A stretch of DNA of 58,218 bases, the filler included, from Asterionella formosa (taxonomy: Eukaryota), in NCBI GenBank assembly GCA_002256025.1. It is 6 parts of 6 records of this genome, joined end to end, with 100 filler letters (N's around TTAATTAATTAA, not from the genome) between each part and the next. Parts side by side here need not be neighbours in the genome. Positions count along the whole stretch, not along the records: positions 29,185 to 38,801 come from NKIB01010405.1; positions 38,902 to 48,513 come from NKIB01010412.1; 4 more parts are not named here. One strand, 5' to 3'. The notes below the pieces were generated by a model, which saw only the letters and a list, made by a program, of their open reading frames with translations, was not told the origin of the DNA and did not search any database. Made by a program: the position numbers and the translations under genes. Positions 36,000-47,022 of the stretch are shown piece after piece; position 1 is the stretch's first letter; each line of letters starts with the position of its first letter.

Positions 36000-38486
36000 C
36001 TACTCATGGAATTCTGGCAACGAATTCAAGGCTACCAAAACCTTTTCCATTTCATCAATTTCGTCAAGATCGATGCGGCGGTATGGTAGAGGGTCACGCT
36101 CGTCAAAACTCTTTTTCAGTGATGGCTGCCCATAAACCTGCTTCTCAATCGACGATTCGAAGCTTCCCATGCATGATTTATCAACTGTGCGACCTCCAAT
36201 TTTGATATCGACATCTGCAGCAACTTCCATGGATAAATTTTTCAAAGGTTGTCGAATGTTCCGGTTAAGGAGTTTGTGCATAATGATCGTGGCAACAAGA
36301 GGGATTAATCCTAGTGCACTTTGAAGAGCACTTTCCTTCAGACCCATATATGCAATGAAGACAAATTCTGACATGTAGAGGGCAGCCATGAGGAAGCCAA
36401 ATAAGCGTTGCCAAGTGGTACTTCCTCCGCCTTCAAATTCCTGAGCGTAGACATGAAGACATTGGTGTTTGAAAACCAAATAGTGCCCACAAAAGTAGAC
36501 GAATGCAAACACTTCCACTATTGGAACAATTGGAAAGTATAGAATGGCAACCAGAAATACAAAAACCATACCAGGGATTTGCTTTCCCCAAGTAAGGGAA
36601 GGCGGTTTTCTCGAGTCATCTAGCATTCGCTGGGTACATTGAGCTTTGGGTTGAATCATATTCATTAAAAGAGTAACTCCATATGTAGGAAGGAGTGACA
36701 ACTGAAGACCAAATGATCCCCAACTGTCAAGTGTGATGAGGTTAATAAAGAAAACACTAGCACCTGGCATAGCGGACGCAATAATGGTTGAGATAGAGGC
36801 AGGATTATTGATCAAACTATCAATTTGGTTAAAAGCAGAGCCTCCGATCAAAATCAGCCACAAATTCGCAAACTGGAAGAGCTGATGCCAGAAAAAGGAA
36901 TAGTCATCGACTTCTGGCATTGATTTAAGTCGAATGAAGCTAATGGCACACGCAACGATTGAAATGTACAGGACAATCATTAGGACCTGCAAAGCAATCA
37001 CAGGAAGCAAACCGCTGACAAGTCCATACCAAAAACTGCTCGGATTGGCTTTGTTGAGATCAAAAGCCTGCAAAATACTGTTCAAGTTTGCAATACTGAC
37101 AACAAATGAAACAGGGACTGCCCAGAAAAGGATTCCAACAATCCAAAATCCGGAAGCGATCATTGCCGAAACTCGTTGCTGCGACAAATTTGCTGTCACG
37201 TTCTCCCAAATTATGCCAGCTGGCTCAGGTGCAGGAAAAACCTCAACAGTGTCCTTTTTTCCGCTAATCTCCACTTGGACAGCTGACTGCTTGGAACGAA
37301 GGCTTGTGAATGTGATGAATGCAGTGGAGCAAGTTTGAACATCAGCCCTTGGTTCGAACTTTTCTTCCTCTAATGAATCATTTGTTTGGTATGGTGCTCC
37401 AATTGAATTGTCAGCGCTAACAGTGATGCCTCCACCTTCAGCAAGGCCAATATCAACTTGCTGGCCACCAGTAGAATCAGCAGGTTTGATTTTTACTTCC
37501 TCAATTTTGGCATGCTCTTCCTTTGTTTCTTCATTATCTATGTTTACAATTGAATAAATAATTTTGCGCTCATTGTCGATTTCCTCATTGATGCACCGAA
37601 TCTGCAGTTCGAGAAAAGGAATTGAATCAACTTTCGTTCCTCCACAGCAGCCCAGCTTGCTGGCTCCATCCTTCATTGTAGGGGCAGGTTTTTCAGGTTT
37701 GGCATGGGTAAAAGCAATTGCTTTCTCCAACAAAACAAGCTTGGCATGACGATCTCTCACAAGTTTCTCAAGCTTGGTAGTAACTAGGCAGACGCTCGCT
37801 TGTTGGACTTGGTTGGGGAAGAGTTGTTCAAAGTAGTCTCCCACCGCCCTGTTTGATCGCAAATGACAAGGTAAGTTCTCAATTCTGCAGGCGTAGCGGA
37901 ACTCATCCGGCGTGTCAATATCTCCGAATGCAAGGAATGCATAATGATGCGATGCATAAAGCCCCCATTCAGTCCAAAACGAATAAAGGACAAAGGCAAC
38001 GACAACGAATTCACAAACGAGCGTTGCCCAAAGGCGTGGGCTTTGATCTCCAACTCTAGCAAGTGTGAGCTGGTTGAAACTTTCTGTGTTAATTCCTCGG
38101 GCTTCTCCTGTTGCGTAAACAGGAATAAGAATGCAGGATAAAATGGTTCCGAGGAAAGAAATTCGAGCTCCGATACGAAGGAATCGTAGGAACATGAAGG
38201 TATCCAGTCCAACAAATCGAAGACACTCCTCGTCACTGACTTTGTAAGCAGCCTTTGCCCATGAAAATATTCCTCCACCACCATCGAAAGGAGCGGGCGA
38301 TCTATGGGCTCGGGTGAACTGACGGGGCTCAAATAACTCGAAGTTGCTGTTCTCACGATCCTTTCTTCGTTGCACAAAGAAGAAAGCAAAAAACAGCAAG
38401 CCTTGTATCAGCGAGAACAAAAGGGTTACAAGAATGCCAGCCCAGGTGGTTTCCACAGGCACAACTGCTACATCGTTGTCCGCCAT
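36000..38486 (-). CDS. OSCA/TMEM63 (CSC1/ERD4-like) calcium-permeable stress-gated channel
   Basis: GLDTFMFLRFL, AFITF, APEPAGIIWEN, FWAVPVSFV, YLVFKHQCLHVY...FEGGG; about 11 hydrophobic helices; 828 aa, intronless. Confidence 0.93.
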   Translation of the reverse strand: MADNDVAVVPVETTWAGILVTLLFSLIQGLLFFAFFFVQRRKDRENSNFELFEPRQFTRAHRSPAPFDGGGGIFSWAKAAYKVSDEECLRFVGLDTFMFLRFLRIGARISFLGTILSCILIPVYATGEARGINTESFNQLTLARVGDQSPRLWATLVCEFVVVAFVLYSFWTEWGLYASHHYAFLAFGDIDTPDEFRYACRIENLPCHLRSNRAVGDYFEQLFPNQVQQASVCLVTTKLEKLVRDRHAKLVLLEKAIAFTHAKPEKPAPTMKDGASKLGCCGGTKVDSIPFLELQIRCINEEIDNERKIIYSIVNIDNEETKEEHAKIEEVKIKPADSTGGQQVDIGLAEGGGITVSADNSIGAPYQTNDSLEEEKFEPRADVQTCSTAFITFTSLRSKQSAVQVEISGKKDTVEVFPAPEPAGIIWENVTANLSQQRVSAMIASGFWIVGILFWAVPVSFVVSIANLNSILQAFDLNKANPSSFWYGLVSGLLPVIALQVLMIVLYISIVACAISFIRLKSMPEVDDYSFFWHQLFQFANLWLILIGGSAFNQIDSLINNPASISTIIASAMPGASVFFINLITLDSWGSFGLQLSLLPTYGVTLLMNMIQPKAQCTQRMLDDSRKPPSLTWGKQIPGMVFVFLVAILYFPIVPIVEVFAFVYFCGHYLVFKHQCLHVYAQEFEGGGSTTWQRLFGFLMAALYMSEFVFIAYMGLKESALQSALGLIPLVATIIMHKLLNRNIRQPLKNLSMEVAADVDIKIGGRTVDKSCMGSFESSIEKQVYGQPSLKKSFDERDPLPYRRIDLDEIDEMEKVLVALNSLPEFHE

Positions 38487-38614
38487 TTTGACATGGATCA
38501 GATGCAGAGTTTGATATGCTTAAAAAGCGAGAAACTGTGAGCGAATACCGGTATTCATTCCGTCGTTCTTTCTGTGCGATAATTTTGAATTTGTGAATCC
38601 CACAATATAGTAGT

Positions 38615-38634
38615 GGTACCTGGTACCAGGTACC
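38615..38634. promoter_or_regulatory. Perfect 20-bp palindrome GGTACCTGGTACCAGGTACC, one of a dispersed (GGTACCW)n motif family
   Basis: Sits about 130 bp upstream of the OSCA ATG. Related copies at 8981, 11391, 11834, 18672-18851, 35008, 39296, 39442 and 49981. A regulatory role is inferred from position only. Confidence 0.45.
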
Positions 38635-38801
38635 GGTTTTAAGATCGCCAACGGCGCATTAACCAAATACCATACCGTAATTGGTAAAATTAAACCCAAG
38701 TTGTATTTTCCTGTAGGCCTCTGGTATGTGTCTACTGGGTCATTTTAATACCGTCACGGTATTGATCTGAAAATACTAGTGGAAGCACCGTGTTACAACA
38801 G

Positions 38802-38901
38802 NNNNNNNNNNNNNNNNNNNNNNNNNNNNNNNNNNNNNNNNNNNNTTAATTAATTAANNNNNNNNNNNNNNNNNNNNNNNNNNNNNNNNNNNNNNNNNNN
38901 N
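38802..38901. other. Artificial contig-joining linker
   Basis: N44-TTAATTAATTAA-N44. Confidence 0.97.
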
Positions 38902-39111
38902 ATGTTTGCTGTAGAGAATAACAGAGTCTCGCTTCTTGTTGGAGGACAAAGGCTGCATGGCTTGCTGCAGTGAAGCGCCTTCTCCGCTCGACGCTTTGTT
39001 CTTCCGTAGCGACATTGGGGGAGAAAAGGCAAACGACACAGTGGTAACGTTCAAGAGCAATAGTAAGCCAGAGATGGTAAATAGAAAGGGAGCCACTTTC
39101 ACAGTCCTCAT
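38902..39111 (-). CDS. 5' fragment of a plastid-targeted protein (truncated by the contig end)
   Basis: Signal peptide MRTVKVAPFLFTISGLLLLLNVTTVSFA-FSP followed by a basic, Ser-rich transit-like stretch. Confidence 0.6.
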
Positions 39112-39624
39112 GGCGAAGTTGTGAAGTGTATCTGATGTTCATGTACCGGTAGCTCATTATTCATGATATCTTGGAAATCACATTCTGTCCGTCGTTTCAT
39201 CGGAGCGACGTCTGTACAGTATGGTAAAGATCTACAGCATTTACTTCGTATCATACTACATATATAACATACCAGGGTTGCTGCCTGATACCTTTTACCA
39301 GGTACCAGTGGACATTCCGTTAGCAGAGGAATACCGAAAGCTAGCAGGCCTAAACATGAATCATAGAATATATGAAATGTATTATTGCTGGCATGACGAT
39401 GATTCCAGTTGTTCCCATTCCTCGTCCGCCTTTAGAATTACCCAGGTACCTGGTACTGCCCTAATTACTGATGGATGGTACAAACAACGACATTGATCGT
39501 CGGCTGCAAGAATTAATAAATGATGCATGAATTTCGATTCATCATTGTATCCCAACTTGCAATAATATCCTAGACGACAACAACAACAACAACAACACCC
39601 CCTTCACATCATATATAGTTGCTC

Positions 39625-40167
39625 ATGTCTCTCGTTCGAATTGTCAAATTACGCGTCGCCGCTGGTACTGCCAAACCTGGCCCTGCCATTGGCCAAGCCT
39701 TGGGTCCGTTGGGTGTCAACATGGCAGAGTTTTGCAAGCAGTTCAATGAAACCTCCATCTCGGATGGATGGATCCGTGATACACCCTTGGCAGTACGACT
39801 TTCTGCCATGTCGGATCGATCCTTTACCTTTACTATCCGATCGCCATCGACCCCGTATTTGATTAAGAAAGTGTTGGGGATTACCAAGGGACCAGCCAAA
39901 GCATCAGTCGACAAACCCACAGCGTACATTTCACCAGAAATGGTGTACGAAATTGCGAAAATTAAAATTAAAGACGACTTTGCAGCCAACATGTCATTGG
40001 AAGCCTTGTGCCATTGTGTGATTGGGACGTGTCGGAGTATGGGAGTGCAAGTGAGGGAAGATGAGACGGATTGGGATGCAATTCCTAGTACTCCTGATGC
40101 TGACGCTGATGTTAAGGGTACCGCCACTGCCACTCCCGCGAAGAAGAAATCCAAGGGGAAGGCGTAA
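39625..40167 (+). CDS. MRPL11: Ribosomal protein uL11, bacterial type, probably mitochondrial
   Basis: KLRVAAGTAKPGPAIGQALGPLGVNMAEFCKQFN, DRSFTF.IRSP, YEIAKIK and IGTCRSMGVQV. Confidence 0.93.
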   Translation: MSLVRIVKLRVAAGTAKPGPAIGQALGPLGVNMAEFCKQFNETSISDGWIRDTPLAVRLSAMSDRSFTFTIRSPSTPYLIKKVLGITKGPAKASVDKPTAYISPEMVYEIAKIKIKDDFAANMSLEALCHCVIGTCRSMGVQVREDETDWDAIPSTPDADADVKGTATATPAKKKSKGKA

Positions 40168-40271
40168 AGTAAATTATTTCATTCACAGTGTTTCAAGACA
40201 TTTCTATAATTTTAGTTCGCTGCATATTGTGTTAGTCGTATATGCATGTAGCCACAGCAACCTCTCCAACA

Positions 40272-41546
40272 TTATGGGGTGCCATTTGGGTCTGGTTGAA
40301 CCTTGTTACCAGCGGTACAAAAGGTAATAAAGGCAGTATGTCCCCTCATGGTAGCAAAAGGTCGAGCCACAATCATTCGTTTTCGTGGTGGCAATAATGG
40401 TGAATCGTCGTCGCCTGATTTACTCTCAACCATTGCCAATCCTCCATTGTCGTCTTCCTTGTCTGGTACTTGCTGATCCAAAGGAATTTTTCCACTGAGT
40501 TTCTGAGACACAATGGGATTGGCTTCCACACGAGGTCGCTTTTCTGTTGGTGGTCCCCACAGTTCAATCGGATCGACATAGTGTTCTCGTAGTCTCACTT
40601 CAATTGTCTTGATAGAATGAAAGCCACATTCCTTGAGTACCGCAATGGTTCGTTGTGATTGTTCCACACATGGCGAGTAACTACCCAATCTACCCCCGCA
40701 CTTTAAAGTATAGGCCGCATGAGGGACTGCCAACCATGGCTCGGGTAGATCCAAGAAAATGGCATGCGCTTGTTGGCTTCCCAACAAAAAGCCTCCCCCC
40801 TTTCCATCCTTATTACATACATCTCGATGATGGACAGTTACTAAATGATCTACCTTGTTTTTGATAAATTCCTGTCGAGCTGTTTCGGCCCGCATTTGAT
40901 TGAATTCAAACGTATGCAACGTCCCATGAGGAGCAATGGTTCGTAATATAAAGTGTGACATGGCCCCACTCCCTGTTCCCGATTCACAAACCACCATGTT
41001 GGGGGTGAGGCCCAAGTACCACACAATCATGCTGGCATCCAATTCATGTACAATTTGTGTCCGATGTGGCAACGACCGCGCCCACAATTCTGGAGTTGGT
41101 TTGAGTAAATAAACAAATCCATACCCCTGATTGTCTGCTGATCGGATCTTGCTTCCAAATGGTTTTCCAATAAAGTCATCATGTGGGAAATGCCCATTCT
41201 TGTTGTTGAACCGGGCGCCTTGTTGACAATACACAAAGTTTAAATTGTCAAAGGATTCAAAGATGACAACTAAATCACCATTTTGAATAATACTTGATGT
41301 GGGAAGAACACGTTCCGTGTAGAGTTTGCCATCTGCCTTGGCAGGGTCGGAGGTTTGAAATAGATCGAGTGCAGATTGATTGGCCGCTTGGAGCAACTGT
41401 TGGTCCACCGTTGGTCCGGCCACAACAGTCGATGTCAGCAACGATTCGTCAACTGAAGTACAAGTAGTATCAGTCGTTGGAACTATTCGAATTCCAGACT
41501 TGGCAGTCACTCCGCCTTCCTTTATGTGTGCTCGGGCGAAATCCAT
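40272..41546 (-). CDS. TRM61: tRNA (adenine58-N1)-methyltransferase catalytic subunit (Gcd14/TRMT61A)
   Basis: LLKPTPELWARSLPHRTQI, ESGTGSGAMSH, FEFNQMRA, FLDLPEPW, YSPCVEQ and GHTAFITF. Confidence 0.95.
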   Translation of the reverse strand: MDFARAHIKEGGVTAKSGIRIVPTTDTTCTSVDESLLTSTVVAGPTVDQQLLQAANQSALDLFQTSDPAKADGKLYTERVLPTSSIIQNGDLVVIFESFDNLNFVYCQQGARFNNKNGHFPHDDFIGKPFGSKIRSADNQGYGFVYLLKPTPELWARSLPHRTQIVHELDASMIVWYLGLTPNMVVCESGTGSGAMSHFILRTIAPHGTLHTFEFNQMRAETARQEFIKNKVDHLVTVHHRDVCNKDGKGGGFLLGSQQAHAIFLDLPEPWLAVPHAAYTLKCGGRLGSYSPCVEQSQRTIAVLKECGFHSIKTIEVRLREHYVDPIELWGPPTEKRPRVEANPIVSQKLSGKIPLDQQVPDKEDDNGGLAMVESKSGDDDSPLLPPRKRMIVARPFATMRGHTAFITFCTAGNKVQPDPNGTP

Positions 41547-42435
41547 ACTCTCTCTCACTCTTCCTTTTGCTGTTGTTCAATATATACACTTTATCAAATN
41601 NNNNNNNNNNNNNNNNNNNNNNNNNNNNNNNNNNNNNNNNNNNNNNNNNNNNNNNNNNNNNNNNNNNNNNNNNNNNNNNNNNNNNNNNNNNNNNNNNNNN
41701 NNNNNNNNNNNNNNNNNNNNNNNNNNNNNNNNNNNNNNNNNNNNNNNNNNNNNNNNNNNNNNNNNNNNNNNNNNNNNNNNNNNNNNNNNNNNNNNNNNNN
41801 NNNNNNNNNNNNNNNNNNNNNNNNNNNNNNNNNNNNNNNNNNNNNNNNNNNNNNNNNNNNNNNNNNNNNNNNNNNNNNNNNNNNNNNNNNNNNNNNNNNN
41901 NNNNNNNNNNNNNNNNNNNNNNNNNNNNNNNNNNNNNNNNNNNNNNNNNNNNNNNNNNNNNNNNNNNNNNNNNNNNNNNNNNNNNNNNNNNNNNNNNNNN
42001 NNNNNNNNNNNNNNNNNNNNNNNNNNNNNNNNNNNNNNNNNNNNNNNNNNNNNNNNNNNNNNNNNNNNNNNNNNNNNNNNNNNNNNNNNNNNNNNNNNNN
42101 NNNNNNNNNNNNNNNNNNNNNNNNNNNNNNNNNNNNNNNNNNNNNNNNNNNNNNNNNNNNNNNNNNNNNNNNNNNNNNNNNNNNNNNNNNNNNNNNNNNN
42201 NNNNNNNNNNNNNNNNNNNNNNNNNNNNNNNNNNNNNNNNNNNNNNNNNNNNNNNNNNNNNNNNNNNNNNNNNNNNNNNNNNNNNNNNNNNNNNNNNNNN
42301 NNNNNNNNNNNNNNNNNNNNNNNNNNNNNNNNNNNNNNNNNNNNNNNNNNNNNNNNNNNNNNNNNNNNNNNAAACAAACCATGGAAAAAATACAATGACA
42401 ATAAAATTTAGCATAGGCCACCCAGTATGGAGGTG

Positions 42436-43779
42436 CTATAAAAATGAGTTACATTTATTTGATGGTGCCTTCCATTTCTCCAACAAATGTTTTCGTTTCT
42501 CATATACACTTTTACAATGAGGTATAGAATCGCAAATTTCATTCATCTTGGATTGATTGCGTGGTAACCACAATCCTGGTAGGAGCCATTCATGAGCACG
42601 TTGAATCCACCCTGATCCATAGACTTGTATCATTTCCGTTGTGTTGAAAGTGCATAATTCTGACCAATATTGTAAAATAATTACAGGGACATGGGCTTCA
42701 ATAATTAATATATCCAATGGACTTGATTTTACGATAGGAATAGTCCCAAAAAATAAAAACTCCCACATGCGATGAGTGTCCCACCCCATTCCAGTGGGTG
42801 CTAGTCCAAATTGCAAACTCCCATACAACTTCCAAGCAGATATTTTGTTGTCAGTCCAGTTCATGATATGAAATAGTGATTGAGATGAGGATTTCGATGT
42901 AATTGAAGTGGTATCGTTCATGATGCATGTTTCTATAGCATTGGCCAATTCTTGTCGTGCCAGTGTCCTGCGTAGATCCTCGTTGTTACCTGTTATAGTA
43001 GTCCCATGGTCATACAAGATGCGAGCAGGTCGAAATGTGGTTGGATCAAGAGTTGCTGTGATGTTTTGTAGAGTGTGTACAATGTCCACCGGGGTTTCTC
43101 CACCTTTTGAGAAAGGTGTATGAAGATCAAGGCCGATAGGAAGAGGTTTTACTTTTGGATGATCCCACCAAACCATATTTTGAGTATACCATGCGGTGAG
43201 TTTACTATTATTGTTGTTTGTGTTGCTGGTTGCTGCTAATAATTCACAACTCATACGACCATTATTTGGCAGGTCACCATCACCATCAGTTGTTACAAGT
43301 GTAAGGTTTGTAACATTGGCTGACCAAATGTGTTTCCTAAAGTAATCATCGAAGTCAGCTTCACGTCTGACCCAAAGATATTGATTCGAGAAGGAATGAT
43401 TGTATGGTTGAAATATATCGTTCATATTCCAATGGTGCCAGAATCTACCTTTTTCGGGTGGCATGGAATTGTAATACATGATTGGAATCCAACCTGGAAA
43501 AAGCTTGGTAGTATACCATCCTCTGGACCAAACGACATTCAATTGTGGGACCACATTTGAATAGGGAGTATCATTTGACAAAATAATTTGCCAATCGACA
43601 AGTCTCCTTGTTGTTGAATCAACATCAACAGCTATTGTTGTGAAATTGTTAGTCCATAATGTCGGTATTTGCGGAAATGACGCTTGGAAATGTAGGAGCG
43701 ATACAATCACAATGTCAATGCTCACAATGAGCGCTGCTGTCCAAACGACGGATGGACTGAATAATGATAACGGCGGCAT
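42436..43779 (-). CDS. Type II membrane glycosyltransferase-like protein (exostosin/GT47-like C-terminus)
   Basis: N-terminal TM segment, WYTQN...HPKVKPLPIGLD, and FGLAPTGMGWDTHRMWEFLFFGTIPIV, which matches the F.L.P.G.G.D.HR.WE.L..G.IPIV pattern. Confidence 0.7.
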   Translation of the reverse strand: MPPLSLFSPSVVWTAALIVSIDIVIVSLLHFQASFPQIPTLWTNNFTTIAVDVDSTTRRLVDWQIILSNDTPYSNVVPQLNVVWSRGWYTTKLFPGWIPIMYYNSMPPEKGRFWHHWNMNDIFQPYNHSFSNQYLWVRREADFDDYFRKHIWSANVTNLTLVTTDGDGDLPNNGRMSCELLAATSNTNNNNSKLTAWYTQNMVWWDHPKVKPLPIGLDLHTPFSKGGETPVDIVHTLQNITATLDPTTFRPARILYDHGTTITGNNEDLRRTLARQELANAIETCIMNDTTSITSKSSSQSLFHIMNWTDNKISAWKLYGSLQFGLAPTGMGWDTHRMWEFLFFGTIPIVKSSPLDILIIEAHVPVIILQYWSELCTFNTTEMIQVYGSGWIQRAHEWLLPGLWLPRNQSKMNEICDSIPHCKSVYEKRKHLLEKWKAPSNKCNSFL

Positions 43780-44526
43780 GTTTGTGTCGAATTCTCAGTG
43801 AACGAGTGCGAGGGGGNNNNNNNNNNNNNNNNNNNNNNNNNNNNNNNNNNNNNNNNNNNNNNNNNNNNNNNNNNNNNNNNNNNNNNNNNNNNNNNNNNNN
43901 NNNNNNNNNNNNNNNNNNNNNNNNNNNNNNNNNNNNNNNNNNNNNNNNNNNNNNNNNNNNNNNNNNNNNNNNNNNNNNNNNNNNNNNNNNNNNNNNNNNN
44001 NNNNNNNNNNNNNNNNNNNNNNNNNNNNNNNNNNNNNNNNNNNNNNNNNNNNNNNNNNNNNNNNNNNNNNNNNNNNNNNNNNNNNNNNNNNNNNNNNNNN
44101 NNNNNNNNNNNNNNNNNNNNNNNNNNNNNNNNNNNNNNNNNNNNNNNNNNNNNNNNNNNNNNNNNNNNNNNNNNNNNNNNNNNNNNNNNNNNNNNNNNNN
44201 NNNNNNNNNNNNNNNNNNNNNNNNNNNNNNNNNNNNNNNNNNNNNNNNNNNNNNNNNNNNNNNNNNNNNNNNNNNNNNNNNNNNNNNNNNNNNNNNNNNN
44301 NNNNNNNNNNNNNNNNNNNNNNNNNNNNNNNNNNNNNNNNNNNNNNNNNNNNNNNNNNNNNNNNNNNNNNNNNNNNNNNNNNNNNNNNNNNNNNNNNNNN
44401 NNNNNNNNNNNNNNNNNNNNNNNNNNNNNNNNNNNNNNNNNNNNNNNNNNNNNNNNNNNNNNNNNNNNNNNNNNNNNNNNNNNNNNNNNNNNNNNNNNNN
44501 NNNNNNNNNNNNNNNNNNNNNNNNNN

Positions 44527-44874
44527 GTACCACCTGAACCTGAGCATCTAAAGACAACAGTCATCATGCCATTCGTTGCTGGGAGTGTGGAATATTCGGG
44601 ACGACATGATCATGGTGTATTAGATATACCAAAACAACGTCGACGAGATGTTGGACATGATTATGATGATATTGCCATGTTAGTAGCTTGTTGTGACGAT
44701 GCCAAAGCATTTACGAATGAGTACTTGACTTGTGTCATTCAAACCGAGGAAGAAGAGGAACTAATACTGAGGAAACAACAACAACAAAAGGAGAATACCA
44801 CAATCGTGTCTTCGAAGGATGATCGACATGAAGCAAAGAGGAGTAAGGTAGAGATAAGCGACGAGGTATCATAA
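44527..44874 (+). CDS. 3' part of a small uncharacterised protein (5' end probably in the gap)
   Basis: Frame is open from the gap edge to TAA at 44874. Contains an amphipathic helix, an acidic stretch and an AKRSK NLS-like end. Confidence 0.55.
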   Translation, partial: VPPEPEHLKTTVIMPFVAGSVEYSGRHDHGVLDIPKQRRRDVGHDYDDIAMLVACCDDAKAFTNEYLTCVIQTEEEEELILRKQQQQKENTTIVSSKDDRHEAKRSKVEISDEVS

Positions 44875-44976
44875 TTATACAACTTTTTTTCGATACTACC
44901 GCAAAACAGAACGAAATGCAATACTTTTTTACAATTTATATATTCATCTAAATCATTGTTTCAATTGTGCATCTAT

Positions 44977-46212
44977 CTATACCAAACCATCCTTCATAGG
45001 AATACTCCCCTGTTCAATCAATCGTTGCAGTTCCTCCTTTGCTTTCATTTTACAACTATGACCATTGGTACATTGACCTGCCAAATTGTCTTTTGCAATC
45101 TCAACCAAATGATTGTTAAAATAGGTTTCAACTTGTTCTGTCGAAGAAATGTGGAATGTATCTTTGGCAATATTCCAAAGTTTATTCATAGAAGAAGTTG
45201 AGGATCGTGTGGATGGGACCAAAATGTCTTTCATTCCTGCAGATGTGGGGGTACGGCTCCGAATGGCACAAAATGGTAACTCGGTGATGAATGTGAGACA
45301 TGAATTTCCATATCCATCACGAATTAAACTCTTGTACAACACATCATGTGAATAGCGAGGCACAAGAACTGCTGTTGCTGCTCCTGTCCTACCACCAGCA
45401 ATAAGAGTATTCCTGTATCCAACGGTAATCCCAGCAGAGATACATAGTTTGGAATGTTCCACTGCTTGTATCACATTCCCAAGAAACCATTCTAAATGAC
45501 GTTTCGAACACCAGTACATGAATGGTGGTGGAGACGATTCCTCCTCCGTCGTTGTGAACAGCACCAAGGCAGATGACTGTACAATGTCAAGATAGTTACT
45601 ATGGAGACCATCATCAGCGTCTAATCTTGTTTCCAACAGTAATTGCACATCATTTCTCATACCATGAGCCTGTTGTAAGAGTGTCACGTCACCAGTATAA
45701 ATGGGCGATTGAAGCAAAAGCTGGCATTGATCTCCATCTTTCCAACTTGTCTGATTCGAGTCCAAGTTCATATTAACATTTGTCCCAATCAAATAAAAAT
45801 GTGGATACGGACGAAGCATGTCAACAAGTTCAGTTCTCAATGAGTGATGCAAATGTGGGTCTGTATGGATGATCCATAAAAATTTCTGCGTCGTTTGAGC
45901 TACCATGGTGGGTAGACAAAAGGTCTGGAATAATAGCAACCTGGCCCTGCCCAGAGCCAGTAAGTTTGGTTGATTCTGTTGAAATCGAGTATGGACCAGG
46001 TGGACGAACAAGGGAGCAACAGATGGGTAGATCGCCGCTGGAGTAAGAGTCAGAACCATGAATGAACCAAGCACAGATAGGACCGTCAGAAATACTGCAA
46101 GACTCCCCAAGATCGGCAGAAGCAGTAATCGTCTACTGATATTCTGAACCCGTTTCCGAGTCCATTGCTTCTTCCTGCGTTGACGCGCCAGACGAGAAGA
46201 GTTTATCATCAT
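44977..46212 (-). CDS. Putative rhamnosyltransferase-family (GT-A fold) type II membrane protein
   Basis: TM anchor, HTRFQQ...RLLLFQTFCLPTMVAQTTQKFLWIIHTDP, and TRLDADDGLH (DxDD). Confidence 0.78.
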   Translation of the reverse strand: MMINSSRLARQRRKKQWTRKRVQNISRRLLLLPILGSLAVFLTVLSVLGSFMVLTLTPAAIYPSVAPLFVHLVHTRFQQNQPNLLALGRARLLLFQTFCLPTMVAQTTQKFLWIIHTDPHLHHSLRTELVDMLRPYPHFYLIGTNVNMNLDSNQTSWKDGDQCQLLLQSPIYTGDVTLLQQAHGMRNDVQLLLETRLDADDGLHSNYLDIVQSSALVLFTTTEEESSPPPFMYWCSKRHLEWFLGNVIQAVEHSKLCISAGITVGYRNTLIAGGRTGAATAVLVPRYSHDVLYKSLIRDGYGNSCLTFITELPFCAIRSRTPTSAGMKDILVPSTRSSTSSMNKLWNIAKDTFHISSTEQVETYFNNHLVEIAKDNLAGQCTNGHSCKMKAKEELQRLIEQGSIPMKDGLV

Positions 46213-47022
46213 TGTGGGCTATGATCTATTCTGCATACTACTCGTTAGTAGTCTACTGTGCACTGCACTGCATTGCATTGCAACTTATATTCGAGGCTAC
46301 GATGATGGAAGAATTGAGTGAGAGACCGATTCTAGCAAACTATATAGATGGTAGAACCTCCCTTCTTTCATTTTTATATTCCCGGCATTTTACAACAACT
46401 CTACCGGTAGTAGTCATCAGCATTCTTGCTTTTTTGTCATTGCTATTCAGCAACTGTATGTACCGGTATGTGTACGTACCCGATACCGTAGACCCGATGT
46501 ATATAGAATATATACCGGGGCGATGTACAAGGAGACCTGAGGATGGTAAAATANNNNNNNNNNNNNNNNNNNNNNNNNNNNNNNNNNNNNNNNNNNNNNN
46601 NNNNNNNNNNNNNNNNNNNNNNNNNNNNNNNNNNNNNNNNNNNNNNNNNNNNNNNNNNNNNNNNNNNNNNNNNNNNNNNNNNNNNNNNNNNNNNNNNNNN
46701 NNNNNNNNNNNNNNNNNNNNNNNNNNNNNNNNNNNNNNNNNNNNNNNNNNNNNNNNNNNNNNNNNNNNNNNNNNNNNNNNNNNNNNNNNNNNNNNNNNNN
46801 NNNNNNNNNNNNNNNNNNNNNNNNNNNNNNNNNNNNNNNNNNNNNNNNNNNNNNNNNNNNNNNNNNNNNNNNNNNNNNNNNNNNNNNNNNNNNNNNNNNN
46901 NNNNNNNNNNNNNNNNNNNNNNNNNNNNNNNNNNNNNNNNNNNNNNNNNNNNNNNNNNNNNNNNNNNNNNNNNNNNNNNNNNNNNNNNNNNNNNNNNGCT
47001 ACAACGGCCAAGAACAAGAACA

